DNA of 35,328 nt from a virus (taxonomy: Duplodnaviria; Caudoviricetes), in IMG/VR virus record IMGVR_UViG_3300051213_000013, positions 1 through 35,328 of that record; one strand, 5' to 3'. A program made the translations under genes and the position numbers. How positions within the stretch are numbered: the first letter of the stretch is position 1; each line of letters opens with the position of its first letter. The notes under the pieces were generated by a model. The model had not been told where the DNA came from. It searched no databases and was given only the letters and a program-made list of their open reading frames with translations. Shown here in pieces: positions 1 to 9,305 of this stretch.

Positions 1-387
1 CCACACGTGAAGTCAGAGCAACTTCTATACTATTTCTATAAAATGGCTGGAGATCCAGTAGACCTTATCGAAACCACTCAGGTTGTTCAAGACCTACTAG
101 ATAGAGAAGATGAGTCAGCTCAAGAGCTAAATGCTTGGATTAAGACCTTGCCAGCTGGAAACCCAATACAGCTTAAAGACGATCAGGGCAAACTAATGTT
201 TGATGAAAACAATATCCCTATTATGAGAGCCACAATATCTATTTCTGGTACAGACTTTTTACCAGTATTTTTCCATAAAATCAGAATTTATCAACTAGAA
301 GAAACAAGGGACCTAATTGATTTTGGCACTGCCAGAACCTATGCAGGTAACAAAATAATTATTGATTACGACTGGCATAAATCGTAA
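1..387 (+). CDS. Probable tail completion/terminator-type structural protein, likely 5'-truncated
   Basis: The frame is open from base 1 (ORF track starts at GTG 7). It lies directly upstream of the tail tube gene. Function is inferred from position only. Confidence 0.45.
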   Translation, partial: PHVKSEQLLYYFYKMAGDPVDLIETTQVVQDLLDREDESAQELNAWIKTLPAGNPIQLKDDQGKLMFDENNIPIMRATISISGTDFLPVFFHKIRIYQLEETRDLIDFGTARTYAGNKIIIDYDWHKS

Positions 388-403
388 TTTATAATAAAAG
401 GGC

Positions 404-412
404 GGTATACTT
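404..412 (+). promoter_or_regulatory. Putative -10 element (cggTATACT) for the tail tube gene
   Basis: TATACT at 407-412 in an AT-rich intergenic gap about 50 nt before the ATG at 463. No TTGACA is visible. Confidence 0.45.
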
Positions 413-462
413 ATAACGAGGAAACAAACGCCCACTTATCCATAAAATAAGAGGTGAAAAAT

Positions 463-1101
463 ATGGCATATACACGTGGTACAAGTGCGAACATTATCGT
501 TGGTGCAGCTGCCCTCTTCACATACGAAGACGGTGTGCTTACTGATGCAGATCTTCCAGCATACGCAACAGGTGAATCGTTTGTAGAAACACTACAGACT
601 GGAGCCTCTGCACTAAACAACTGGACATCTGATGATGGATTCCGCAACGTTGGTTATACCAGCAACGGTCTTGAGCTACAGTTCCAACCTGACTTCGGTG
701 AGGTTTCAGTGGACCAGGTTCTTGACGTAGCCAAGCTTTACAAGCAAGGCATGCAGGTAAACATGAATACTACATTTGCTGAAGCTACACTAGAAAATCT
801 TCTATTCGCTCTCGCAAGCAAGGACACCAACCTGACTTCAGGTTCAGGTATCCAGACTCTGAATCTTTCAGCAGGTGAGCTTGGTGAGTGCCCAGTAGAG
901 CGTGGTCTAGTTGCAGTTGGTCCTGGTACAGGAGACTGTGCAGCAAATGAGGAAAGAATCTATGTTGCTTACCGTGCACTCTCAATTGAGAATGTTACAG
1001 TAGCAGCAAAGCGTGACGAGGCTACTCAGTTTGAGGTGTCTTTCCGTCTGCTTCCAAATGACTCAGCGTCATACGGTAAGATTGTTGACCGCACATTCTA
1101 A
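463..1101 (+). CDS. Major tail (tube) protein
   Basis: RBS GAGGTG at 451-456 favours ATG 463. Motifs NIIVGAA, VGYTSNGLELQFQPDFGEVSVDQ and TTFAEATLENL are typical of siphovirus tail tube proteins. A terminator and the chaperone/tape-measure genes follow. Confidence 0.85.
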   Translation: MAYTRGTSANIIVGAAALFTYEDGVLTDADLPAYATGESFVETLQTGASALNNWTSDDGFRNVGYTSNGLELQFQPDFGEVSVDQVLDVAKLYKQGMQVNMNTTFAEATLENLLFALASKDTNLTSGSGIQTLNLSAGELGECPVERGLVAVGPGTGDCAANEERIYVAYRALSIENVTVAAKRDEATQFEVSFRLLPNDSASYGKIVDRTF

Positions 1102-1119
1102 TAATTTAATATAGAGAAG

Positions 1120-1156
1120 ACTGCCCTGGGAAATATCCTGGGGCAGTTTTATTTTT
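1120..1156 (+). terminator. Rho-independent terminator after the tail tube gene
   Basis: Hairpin ACTGCCCTGGG-aaatat-CCTGGGGCAGT (two G-U pairs) followed by TTTATTTTT. Confidence 0.85.
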
Positions 1157-1164
1157 GCTATAAT
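1156..1164 (+). promoter_or_regulatory. Extended -10 promoter TGCTATAAT, predicted leaderless transcript for the 1171 gene
   Basis: TATAAT at 1159-1164 is 6 nt before ATG 1171 and there is no Shine-Dalgarno sequence. Confidence 0.7.
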
Positions 1165-1170
1165 GTAATA

Positions 1171-1872
1171 ATGGCAACTAGCGTACATAAAACAGCAATG
1201 GTAGAGACTATGGATGGGACATCTATCTTAGTTGCCCCACTAAAAATAAAGTATCTTAGAGAGTTTATGGATTCTTTTAACTTTATGAAAGATGCCCCAA
1301 ATGATTCTATTGCCCTGACGTTCATGTCAGATTGTGTCAGGGTAGCTATGCAACAGTTCTACCCATCTATATCTACAGTATCTCAGGTAGAGGATATGTT
1401 TGACCTATCTACTATGCGAACAATCCTACATATTTCTGCTGGTATTAGTGTTGATCCAGAAGAAGAGGATTTGGCAGAGCAGGCAAAGTCAGACAAAGAG
1501 GGTAACTCTTGGGAGACTTTCGACCTAGTTGCACTTGAGGCAGAAGTGTTCTCTCTTGGGATATGGAAAGATTTTGATGATCTAGAACAGTCTCTATCTC
1601 TACAAGAATTAACCGCTATCCTTGAGGCAAAGAGAGAGCGTGACTACGAAGATAAAAAGTTTGCAGCTGCTTTGCAGGGGGTAGACCTAGATGAGCAATC
1701 TGGCAAGAAAAAAGAAGAAGATCCATGGGAAGCAATGAAGGCAAGAGTCTTTAGCGGTGGTAAAGCAAATGACTCAAACGACATATTAGCATATCAGGGA
1801 CAGAATGCAAACAAGGCTGGATTTGGAATTGGCATGGGCCTAGGCTATGAAGATTTAAGGCAAAAATCTTAA
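1171..1872 (+). CDS. Tail assembly chaperone, G-T fusion-like (long form)
   Basis: Lies between the tail tube and tape measure genes. The N-terminal ~95 aa is paralogous to the 1926..2243 protein. The C-terminal part (WETFDLVALEAEVFSLGIWKDFDDLEQSLSLQEL...FAAALQGVDL) looks like a gpT-type helical domain. Confidence 0.75.
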   Translation: MATSVHKTAMVETMDGTSILVAPLKIKYLREFMDSFNFMKDAPNDSIALTFMSDCVRVAMQQFYPSISTVSQVEDMFDLSTMRTILHISAGISVDPEEEDLAEQAKSDKEGNSWETFDLVALEAEVFSLGIWKDFDDLEQSLSLQELTAILEAKRERDYEDKKFAAALQGVDLDEQSGKKKEEDPWEAMKARVFSGGKANDSNDILAYQGQNANKAGFGIGMGLGYEDLRQKS

Positions 1873-1879
1873 TCCTCTA

Positions 1880-1888
1880 TGCTATAAT
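1880..1888 (+). promoter_or_regulatory. Extended -10 promoter TGCTATAAT for the short chaperone and tape measure genes
   Basis: Identical 9-mer to 1156-1164, located in the intergenic gap. RBS AAGGAGG lies at 1915-1921. Confidence 0.7.
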
Positions 1889-1925
1889 AATATATAACCA
1901 CAAGATATGTTCATAAGGAGGAACA

Positions 1926-2243
1926 GTGTCAACAACTACTAATGAAGACAAGAAAATCACTCTTATTGATGGAACAGAGATTTCAATCAGACCGCTAAAG
2001 GTTTCTCTATTGCGTCCATTTTTGAAAAAGTTTGAGGGTATCGCAAAGGTAGCAGATAACAACGACAAGTCTATGGACTTGCTAATGGAATGCGTACAAA
2101 TTGCAATGCAGCAATACAAGCCAGAATTGGCTGAAGATATTAAGGTTCTAGAAGACAACCTAGACCTTCCAACAGTGTACAAGATTATCGAAGAGGCTTC
2201 TGGATCGAACCTTGGAGAGGGCCTTGCAGCACTCAAAAACTAG
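1926..2243 (+). CDS. Tail assembly chaperone, G-like (short form)
   Basis: 105 aa, strong RBS plus GTG start, immediately upstream of the tape measure gene, paralogous to the N-terminus of the 1171 gene. Confidence 0.75.
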   Translation: MSTTTNEDKKITLIDGTEISIRPLKVSLLRPFLKKFEGIAKVADNNDKSMDLLMECVQIAMQQYKPELAEDIKVLEDNLDLPTVYKIIEEASGSNLGEGLAALKN

Positions 2244-2258
2244 TAGAGGTGCTAATTA

Positions 2259-5200
2259 ATGGCTGATATCCAATCAAATATTCGTGTCAATATAGATACT
2301 GCCGAAGCTCTGGCATCTATTAAGGCACTCCAAAGACAGATATCAACCTTCCAGAAGGAGATGGCATCATCTTCGACTGCAAATGCTCTAGCTGCAAAAA
2401 ATCTACAGAAATCATTAATAGATGATATTAATGCTACTGGAAAGTTTTCTGCAAGCCTAAAGACAATTAGCTCTACTACAGACACATTTACAAAAGCACT
2501 TGAGAAGAATAAGCTCTCGCTTGGGCAGTATTTCAAATATGGAATGGCTTCAAGCAAGAGCTTTTCTCGTATGTTCCAAAACGAGTTTGACACAGTTAAT
2601 AAGGTTGCTCGTGAAAGAGTAAAGGATCTTCAAACACAATATATCTCTCTTGGTAGAGATGCAAGCGGTGCACTAAAGTCTATTGCTGTTAGACCACTAG
2701 CACTTGACATGGAAGACCTTGGAACCAAAGCACAAATCGCTGCACAGCGTACACAAATTTTTAATCAGATTCTTAAGCAAGGATCTACAAACCTTCTAAA
2801 CTTTGGTAAGAATACCCAGTGGGCTGGTCGCCAGCTTATGGTTGGTTTTACCATTCCGCTATCTATTTTTGGAACTGCAGCTGCACAAGAGTTTAAGAAG
2901 GTTGAAGAGGCTTCGATTAAGTTTAGAAGAGTATACGGCGATGCCTTTACTCCAGTAGAGCAAACTAACGCCATGCTTGACCAGATTAAAGAGCTTGGAA
3001 TTGAGCTAACTAAGTATGGAATTAGCCTTGACCAAACTCTAGGTCTGGCAGCAGATGCAGCAGCAATGGGTAACACTGGACAAAAGCTTATTGCTCAGGT
3101 AGAACAGTCAACAAAGCTTGCAGTTCTTGGACAGACAGCAACCCAAGATGCATTGGCTACCACCATCTCTCTTACTGACGCTTTTGGATATTCAACAAAA
3201 CAGCTTGCAGACAAAACAAACTTCCTTAACGCTGTAGAAAACCAAACAGTTCTTTCTATTGAGGACTTGACAACTGCAATTCCAAAGGCTGGACCAGTAG
3301 TTAAGCAGCTAGGTGGTGACGTAGAGGATCTATCATTCTTCATGACAGCGATGAAGGAAGGTGGAATTAATGCATCAGAAGGTGCTAACGCTCTAAAGTC
3401 TGGTTTGGCATCTTTGATTAACCCAACAGAAAAAGCAAGAATGATGCTTCTTGGTATGGGTATCGATATGCGAAAGATTCTTGATACCAACCAGGGAAAT
3501 GTTTCTGGCGTTGTAGTAGACTTTGCAAAGGCACTTGATCAACTAGATCCGACAACAAGAGCACAGGCAATTGAGCAGCTTTTCGGTAAGTTCCAGTTCT
3601 CACGTCTATCTACTCTATTCCAAAACGTAATTGCTGAGGGAACTCAGGCACAGCGTGTTCTAGAGCTAAGCAGTATGACAGCATCAGATCTTGCTGCACT
3701 ATCTGCAAAAGAGCTTGCAACAGTAGAAGAGTCACCTCTATATAAGTTCCAGGCTGCACTTGAAAAGTTCCAAGCAGCAATGGCACCAGTTGGTGAACAG
3801 TTCATGAAGATGGTAACTCCATTTATTGAGTTTGGAACAAAGATTTTGAACATGTTTAATGGCATGACTGATGGTGCAAAGGGATTCATTACCACAATTG
3901 TAGGTTTGGCTGGTGTAGTTGCTCCAGTGTTTATTATGGCATTTGGTCTTATCGCTAACGCTCTTGCGAACGGTATGAAGGGGTTCTTGTTCCTAAAGAA
4001 TGCACTACAGGGAACACTAAAGGAAACTAATGATCTAGGTGAGCAAACTCAGTACATGACATCTGAGCAACTGCAAGCAGCAGCTGTAGCATCATCGCTT
4101 GATCAGGTTCATGGAAAACTTGTTCAAACATTTACATCTGAAGCAGGTGCTATTGATAAGCTTCGTACTGCAATGGAGAGAGCAGCACTTGCACAAGCTA
4201 AGTTTGGTGGTGTTAGCGTAGCTCGTGGAGCTAAGCCAAAGAACTTTGCAGATGGTGGAATGGTTGTTTCTGGTCCAGGTGGACCAAAGGGAGACAAGAT
4301 TCCTGCAAACCTTTCTGACGGAGAAGTTGTTCTATCTGCAGAGACAGTACAGGAAAATCCAAATATTGTTGCAGCACTTCTAGCAGGTGGAAAAGTAAAG
4401 ATTCCAGGATTTAAAAAGGGTGGTGGCCCAGGATCTCCAAAGGGTTCTATATCATTTGGCGACTCCTCTATGGACATTAATGCTTCACAAACAGCAATAG
4501 ACAGAATTCAGACAATCCTTGACGGTATAACAGATGACTTTATTAAGGTAGATCAAAAGGGTGACGTAATTGAAAAGCTATTTGCTTCTTTGGCAACTAT
4601 GTCAGAAGAAGGCAAGGTAAGCCTAAAGAAGTTCTTCCAGGCATTTGCAGTAGCAGCAGAGGATGTTAGCGGTCAGAATGTCTCTAATCAAGTAAATAAG
4701 TTCTATGCAGAAAACCTTGGCGTAAAGGGTAAGCCAATGAAGTATTCTGCAACTGGTGTTGGAACTATTCAGCAGCAGGCAGATAAGGCAGGAAGAGCAG
4801 ACGAGCTTCAGAGAGCAAGAATGCGTCTTGCTGCAGAAGAGTCTCTAGGACTTCCAGGCGGACAATACCAGATTGACAGAGCACACAGATTGCCAGTTGG
4901 TGGAGCTGCAAAGTCGTTGCCAGAAGCATGGGACATGAAGGGCGTTAACCCTCAGACACACACTGAAAATCAGATTTCAAATTACTTAGCAGGAGAGCAA
5001 AAGGTAAAGGCTTTCTATGACAAGTACATGGCACAGCTAGAAAAGATGCGTACCGAGGGCAAGGTGTCTGAGGACCAATATCTATCTATTAAGAATAAGA
5101 TTAATTCAAACCTTGCTCTTTCAGAAGTAGAGCTTGCAACCCAAGCAGACGTTCTTGAAGCAATCACTGCAGAAGACAAGAAAACTTGGGAAAGCTCTAA

Positions 5201-8200
5201 GGCTATGCAGAATGCATACAATGACTCAAAGAGAGCAGTTGCAGGTGCAAGAGTTTCTGGTGGTCTATCTACAAATCCTAATGTTGGTGTAGCAAGTTCT
5301 GCAGAAGCAACATCTTTTGCAGCTGGCATTGATGCAGCTAAGGATAAGGTTAGAGCTGCAGGAACAAGAACAGTGCAGAATTTTGCAGATGGCGTTAACG
5401 CAGAGTCTGAGTCTGCATCCCCATCAAAGAAGACAAGAAGAGCTGCCAAGAACCTCGTTGACGGAGTTGTTGAGGCAATCAACGAGGGTAAAGATGATGT
5501 AAAAGCAGCTGCAGCAAATAACCAAACCGCAAAGGCAGAAGCAAGTAGACAACAGCTTTACGGTGGACAGATGCCAACATCACAAGATAAGTCTATGAGA
5601 CGAAACCGTGAAAGAAAGTCTACGGTTGGTGCTGCTCTTGAAAAGCAACAACAGAGAAATGTTGCAGCATTTAACCAAAGTGTACAGAAAACTTCAGACT
5701 CATTTGCTAAGTTTAATTCTAAAATGATGGCATTCTCTAGCGTACTAGGCTCTGTATCTCTTATTGCTGGAATGTTTGGAAATGACCTTGGTGGTCTTGG
5801 TGCAGCTATTACTGGAGTTTCTTCAGTTATGTTTACATTGTCAATGATGTCTAACATGCTTATTAATGCTGAAAGACTTCAGCTTGCAATCAAGGCAGCA
5901 TCATATGTTGCACAGCAAGCATTTAATACTGGACTGGGCAGATCAGTTGCAGTTGCTCGCATGTTTGTTCTTGGACTACTTGGAACTAACGTGGCTCAGA
6001 CAGCTGCCACAGCATCAACCACTGGACTTGCAGTTGGTGCAGGTGCAGCAGCACTATCTCTATGGTCTCTAATTTGGCCAATTGCTGCTGTTGTTGCTGC
6101 TATCGCAGCACTTGGATTTGGAATTAAGGCACTATTCGATTGGTTTGGAGATCAGAAGGCACAGATTACTGGGCTTGGTGATACTGCTGCTATGGCTGCA
6201 GAGAAGGTGGCTGCACTTGGCGAGGCACTTGGAGTTACGGTAACTGATATTGATTTGTCTAATCGTGTTGGAGTTGAATCTGGTACAACTGCAGATCAGC
6301 AAACAATGCAGCAAAAGGTTGAGGCATCAACTTATGGATCTGAAGGAAAGAGCTTTACAGAATACTTTGGCGACAACATTACAGCAGTTAAGAATGCTAC
6401 AAAGGGAGATGCCACAGCTGCACTTGAATCACTAGCTCTTCAGCTAGGAAACTCTGGTTTTGGTCCTGAGACAGTAGATGGAATCATCAGAGCCATTGCA
6501 TCTGCAGCTGAAAGAAAAGACCTTGACCTAAGTTTTGCTAGTGTTAATCTTGGTCTAGAAACACCAGAAGGTATGGCACAGCTTGACAAGCAAGTTGCAT
6601 CTGCAGCAAAGACTCTTAATGATATCGCAGGAAAGCAGGGAACACAGCTCACCAACTTAGTTGCTGGTGGTGCATACAACTCAAATGCTGCAGCAAACAC
6701 CCTGTCTACTGATGAAACAAAGTCTGTAGAGGTTGCTGGTGGACAAATTGGAACATCGCTAAAAGCACTCTCTAATAGCTTTGAAATGGGAACCATTGAT
6801 GCAACTACACTTATAGACAAAATATCTCAAGTTGGTGCAAGCTTTGATTCCATGACAGATGAGGCTAAAATTATTGCATTGCCACAGATTGCAGAAGCGA
6901 TGGGAATGACAGAAGCCATTGAAGGTGTAAATAATATCAATGACCAGTTCCTTATCCTAAAGGCAACTGCAGCTGGTGTTACAATTACTGATGATCAGCT
7001 AGAAGTTTTGAAAAAGGGTAAAGCTGCAGGTACAAAGTACACAAAGGTACTTCAGACAATTACTGGTGCAATTAATACTGCTGCCGTTGCTACAGAAAAT
7101 CAGAATAAGGCACAGGAAGCACTTAACGTATCTCTTGCTGTGCAGGAGCAGGCAGATAATGTTCAAAAGAATATTGACACATATAACTCATTACTACAGC
7201 TAGAGGGCGTAACCCTTACTACTGCAGAGGCAATTAGGTATGCAAGCAATGCTGCAATTCAAGATGCTATGGCTAAAGTTGAGGCAGCCAAGGGCACTGA
7301 CCAGTATTCGACTGCATTGAATAATCTTAAGGGTGCACTAAATAACCTAGTAACTGCAGATAGACAATGGGAAAAGATTAACTCAAAGGGTAGTGGTGGA
7401 CAGAAGTCAGCATATCAGCAAGCAATTGAGGCTCTGAGAAATCAAAGAAAAGAAATTCAGCAAACTGTTAGAGCTTATGGCCTTATGACTAAAGCTAACA
7501 TTAGTGCAGGTGCTGCATGGAAGTATGCAAATGACGCAACTATTGCTGCTGGTTTGGCTACTGCAAAAACTGCAAAGCAGATTAAGGCAATTACAGATGC
7601 AATCAAACTTCTTGAAAGAGAAAACCTAAAGAACGCATTTGGAAACTTTACAAAGGAAAATGCTGCAGCAAAAGAGACACTTAACAGTCAGCTAAAGATG
7701 GCAAGTGCATTAGGTGCAGTTGGTGCTTCTGCAGAAGAAGTTGACGCATTGCTTTCAGATGAAAACTTGTCAGCAGGATTTAAGGCAGGAACTGTTAGTG
7801 CTAAACAGCTAGAAGATGCCCTTGCAAGAATCCGTGCGAACAAAGAGATTGAAATTAAGATTAAGATGCAGACTGCAGAAGGTATGCAGGAACTATTTGA
7901 TGATGCATATAGCATGGTGCAGGAATCGTTTGATGCACAAGAAACTCAAATTGATCTTGACTTTAGATTTGGCACAAACCTGAGTGGCAAGAATAAAGAC
8001 CTAATTAACACTGACAAGATTGATGAAACAATTGAAAATGCTCAAAATCAAATTGCTGACCTTGCCTACCAGGTAGATGACTACGAAGCAGGAATTCAGC
8101 AGATTCAGTGGCAAGAAGATGAGATCAACAAGAAGTATGAAGAGCGTAGTAAAGCACTTGATAGAATTCAAAAGGCAAATGACGCTATCACAAGGCAGAA

Positions 8201-9305
8201 TAAAGCTCAGCTAACTATTGCAGATGCTCTGAGCCAGGGTGATATCGCAGCAGCAGCTAAGGCCATTGAGGATGGTAGAGCTCAGCAAGCTGAAGCAGCC
8301 ATGACATCTCAGAGAGAAGCCCTTGATCTAGCCAAGCAGCAGGAACTTGGAGCACTAGCTGATGCCCAAGGAAGAACTCGCTCCCAGCTTGAGGCATCCA
8401 TTCTAGATCTTAAGAAGCAAATCTTCAAGATTGAGGAAGATACTCTAGAGCCAGCAACAGAGGCTAGAAGACAAGCAGACCTTAAAAAGCAAGCTGCCAT
8501 TGATAGTATCAAGGTTCTTGGCTTAAATAAAGATGAGTGGGAAAAGGTAAAGAACAAGGTAGATATGGCTAGAGTAAATAGCGATAAATATCAAAAGGCA
8601 ATTGGTGCTGCTCTAAAGACCGTAGAAGATTTAGTTAAAAAGTGGGGTGATCTGGACGGTAAGGTTGTAACAACAACACACAAGATTGTTGAGGTAACTG
8701 AAAAGGTAGGCTCAACTGGTTCTGGTGGCTCTGGTGGCTCTGGTGGATCTGGTGGATCTACTAATAATAACACCAACTCAAACGCAAATCCAAAACCTGG
8801 AGACAAGAAATATGTTGGAAGCATGCTTTTAACATATACCAAGCAACTTGTAAAGGGTACTGGAGTATATAATGGATCTCAATTTGTTCCTGCAAAATAT
8901 GAATATATTTGGAAGTCTGGTGGTGGAATGGTTCCACAATATTTTGGAAACGGAGGACAGCCAAGGGGTACGGACACAGTCCCTGCCATGCTGACCCCTG
9001 GAGAATTCGTAATGCGTAAGAGTGCTGTTAGCAAATATGGCATTGGGACAATGAAGGCAATCAACAATGGAAGCTTTGTTCCAAAGATGTCAGCACCTGG
9101 AATCCAATCTCCATCTGGAAGCTCTTTTGTTCCTACGATTGTTAATGAAGGAACATCTGCAACAAATAATAACTCTTCAGTGTATAATTATAACCTAAGC
9201 GTAAATGTTGGCTCTTCAAATGCAGGGGCTCAGGACATTGCAAATGCAGTAATGCAGAAGATTAGGTCAGTAGATTCACAAAGAGTAAGAGGAGTTAGAC
9301 TTTAA
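2259..9305 (+). CDS. Tape measure protein (2348 aa)
   Basis: Very long and Ala/Gln/Lys-rich helical protein. It has a TP901-like core (LKSGLASLINPT...AIEQLFGK), hydrophobic segments, and GG..GTD.VPAMLTPGEFV motifs. It follows the chaperone genes. Confidence 0.95.
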   Translation: MADIQSNIRVNIDTAEALASIKALQRQISTFQKEMASSSTANALAAKNLQKSLIDDINATGKFSASLKTISSTTDTFTKALEKNKLSLGQYFKYGMASSKSFSRMFQNEFDTVNKVARERVKDLQTQYISLGRDASGALKSIAVRPLALDMEDLGTKAQIAAQRTQIFNQILKQGSTNLLNFGKNTQWAGRQLMVGFTIPLSIFGTAAAQEFKKVEEASIKFRRVYGDAFTPVEQTNAMLDQIKELGIELTKYGISLDQTLGLAADAAAMGNTGQKLIAQVEQSTKLAVLGQTATQDALATTISLTDAFGYSTKQLADKTNFLNAVENQTVLSIEDLTTAIPKAGPVVKQLGGDVEDLSFFMTAMKEGGINASEGANALKSGLASLINPTEKARMMLLGMGIDMRKILDTNQGNVSGVVVDFAKALDQLDPTTRAQAIEQLFGKFQFSRLSTLFQNVIAEGTQAQRVLELSSMTASDLAALSAKELATVEESPLYKFQAALEKFQAAMAPVGEQFMKMVTPFIEFGTKILNMFNGMTDGAKGFITTIVGLAGVVAPVFIMAFGLIANALANGMKGFLFLKNALQGTLKETNDLGEQTQYMTSEQLQAAAVASSLDQVHGKLVQTFTSEAGAIDKLRTAMERAALAQAKFGGVSVARGAKPKNFADGGMVVSGPGGPKGDKIPANLSDGEVVLSAETVQENPNIVAALLAGGKVKIPGFKKGGGPGSPKGSISFGDSSMDINASQTAIDRIQTILDGITDDFIKVDQKGDVIEKLFASLATMSEEGKVSLKKFFQAFAVAAEDVSGQNVSNQVNKFYAENLGVKGKPMKYSATGVGTIQQQADKAGRADELQRARMRLAAEESLGLPGGQYQIDRAHRLPVGGAAKSLPEAWDMKGVNPQTHTENQISNYLAGEQKVKAFYDKYMAQLEKMRTEGKVSEDQYLSIKNKINSNLALSEVELATQADVLEAITAEDKKTWESSKAMQNAYNDSKRAVAGARVSGGLSTNPNVGVASSAEATSFAAGIDAAKDKVRAAGTRTVQNFADGVNAESESASPSKKTRRAAKNLVDGVVEAINEGKDDVKAAAANNQTAKAEASRQQLYGGQMPTSQDKSMRRNRERKSTVGAALEKQQQRNVAAFNQSVQKTSDSFAKFNSKMMAFSSVLGSVSLIAGMFGNDLGGLGAAITGVSSVMFTLSMMSNMLINAERLQLAIKAASYVAQQAFNTGLGRSVAVARMFVLGLLGTNVAQTAATASTTGLAVGAGAAALSLWSLIWPIAAVVAAIAALGFGIKALFDWFGDQKAQITGLGDTAAMAAEKVAALGEALGVTVTDIDLSNRVGVESGTTADQQTMQQKVEASTYGSEGKSFTEYFGDNITAVKNATKGDATAALESLALQLGNSGFGPETVDGIIRAIASAAERKDLDLSFASVNLGLETPEGMAQLDKQVASAAKTLNDIAGKQGTQLTNLVAGGAYNSNAAANTLSTDETKSVEVAGGQIGTSLKALSNSFEMGTIDATTLIDKISQVGASFDSMTDEAKIIALPQIAEAMGMTEAIEGVNNINDQFLILKATAAGVTITDDQLEVLKKGKAAGTKYTKVLQTITGAINTAAVATENQNKAQEALNVSLAVQEQADNVQKNIDTYNSLLQLEGVTLTTAEAIRYASNAAIQDAMAKVEAAKGTDQYSTALNNLKGALNNLVTADRQWEKINSKGSGGQKSAYQQAIEALRNQRKEIQQTVRAYGLMTKANISAGAAWKYANDATIAAGLATAKTAKQIKAITDAIKLLERENLKNAFGNFTKENAAAKETLNSQLKMASALGAVGASAEEVDALLSDENLSAGFKAGTVSAKQLEDALARIRANKEIEIKIKMQTAEGMQELFDDAYSMVQESFDAQETQIDLDFRFGTNLSGKNKDLINTDKIDETIENAQNQIADLAYQVDDYEAGIQQIQWQEDEINKKYEERSKALDRIQKANDAITRQNKAQLTIADALSQGDIAAAAKAIEDGRAQQAEAAMTSQREALDLAKQQELGALADAQGRTRSQLEASILDLKKQIFKIEEDTLEPATEARRQADLKKQAAIDSIKVLGLNKDEWEKVKNKVDMARVNSDKYQKAIGAALKTVEDLVKKWGDLDGKVVTTTHKIVEVTEKVGSTGSGGSGGSGGSGGSTNNNTNSNANPKPGDKKYVGSMLLTYTKQLVKGTGVYNGSQFVPAKYEYIWKSGGGMVPQYFGNGGQPRGTDTVPAMLTPGEFVMRKSAVSKYGIGTMKAINNGSFVPKMSAPGIQSPSGSSFVPTIVNEGTSATNNNSSVYNYNLSVNVGSSNAGAQDIANAVMQKIRSVDSQRVRGVRL
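8721..8759 (+). repeat. 9-bp tandem repeat (TCTGGTGGM)x4 encoding a Ser-Gly-Gly linker in the tape measure protein
   Basis: tctggtggc tctggtggc tctggtgga tctggtgga tct. Confidence 0.85.

Noticed and set aside
1500-1506. G GGT AAC at the G/T junction of the long chaperone, resembling a decayed G GGA AAC slippery site
   Set aside because: It is not a valid XXXYYYZ heptamer and could easily be chance. It cannot be supported without homologue alignment.
2019-2258. Possible slippery sites in the short chaperone (G AAA AAG at 2024-2030; C AAA AAC at the 3' end) or readthrough into the in-frame tape measure gene
   Set aside because: The -1 frames hit stops almost immediately (GTT TGA; ...GGC TGA). 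The zero frame has TAG TAG and TAA before the tape measure ATG. No downstream T ORF exists.
2252-9067. Many minus-strand and alternate-frame ORFs within the tape measure gene
   Set aside because: These are shadow ORFs produced by codon bias. They have no RBS or motifs and fully overlap a clear gene.
9181-9188. TGTATAAT inside the tape measure 3' end as a promoter for the Dit-like gene
   Set aside because: It lacks both the TGn spacing and a -35 element, and may simply encode V-Y-N. Plausible but unsupported.
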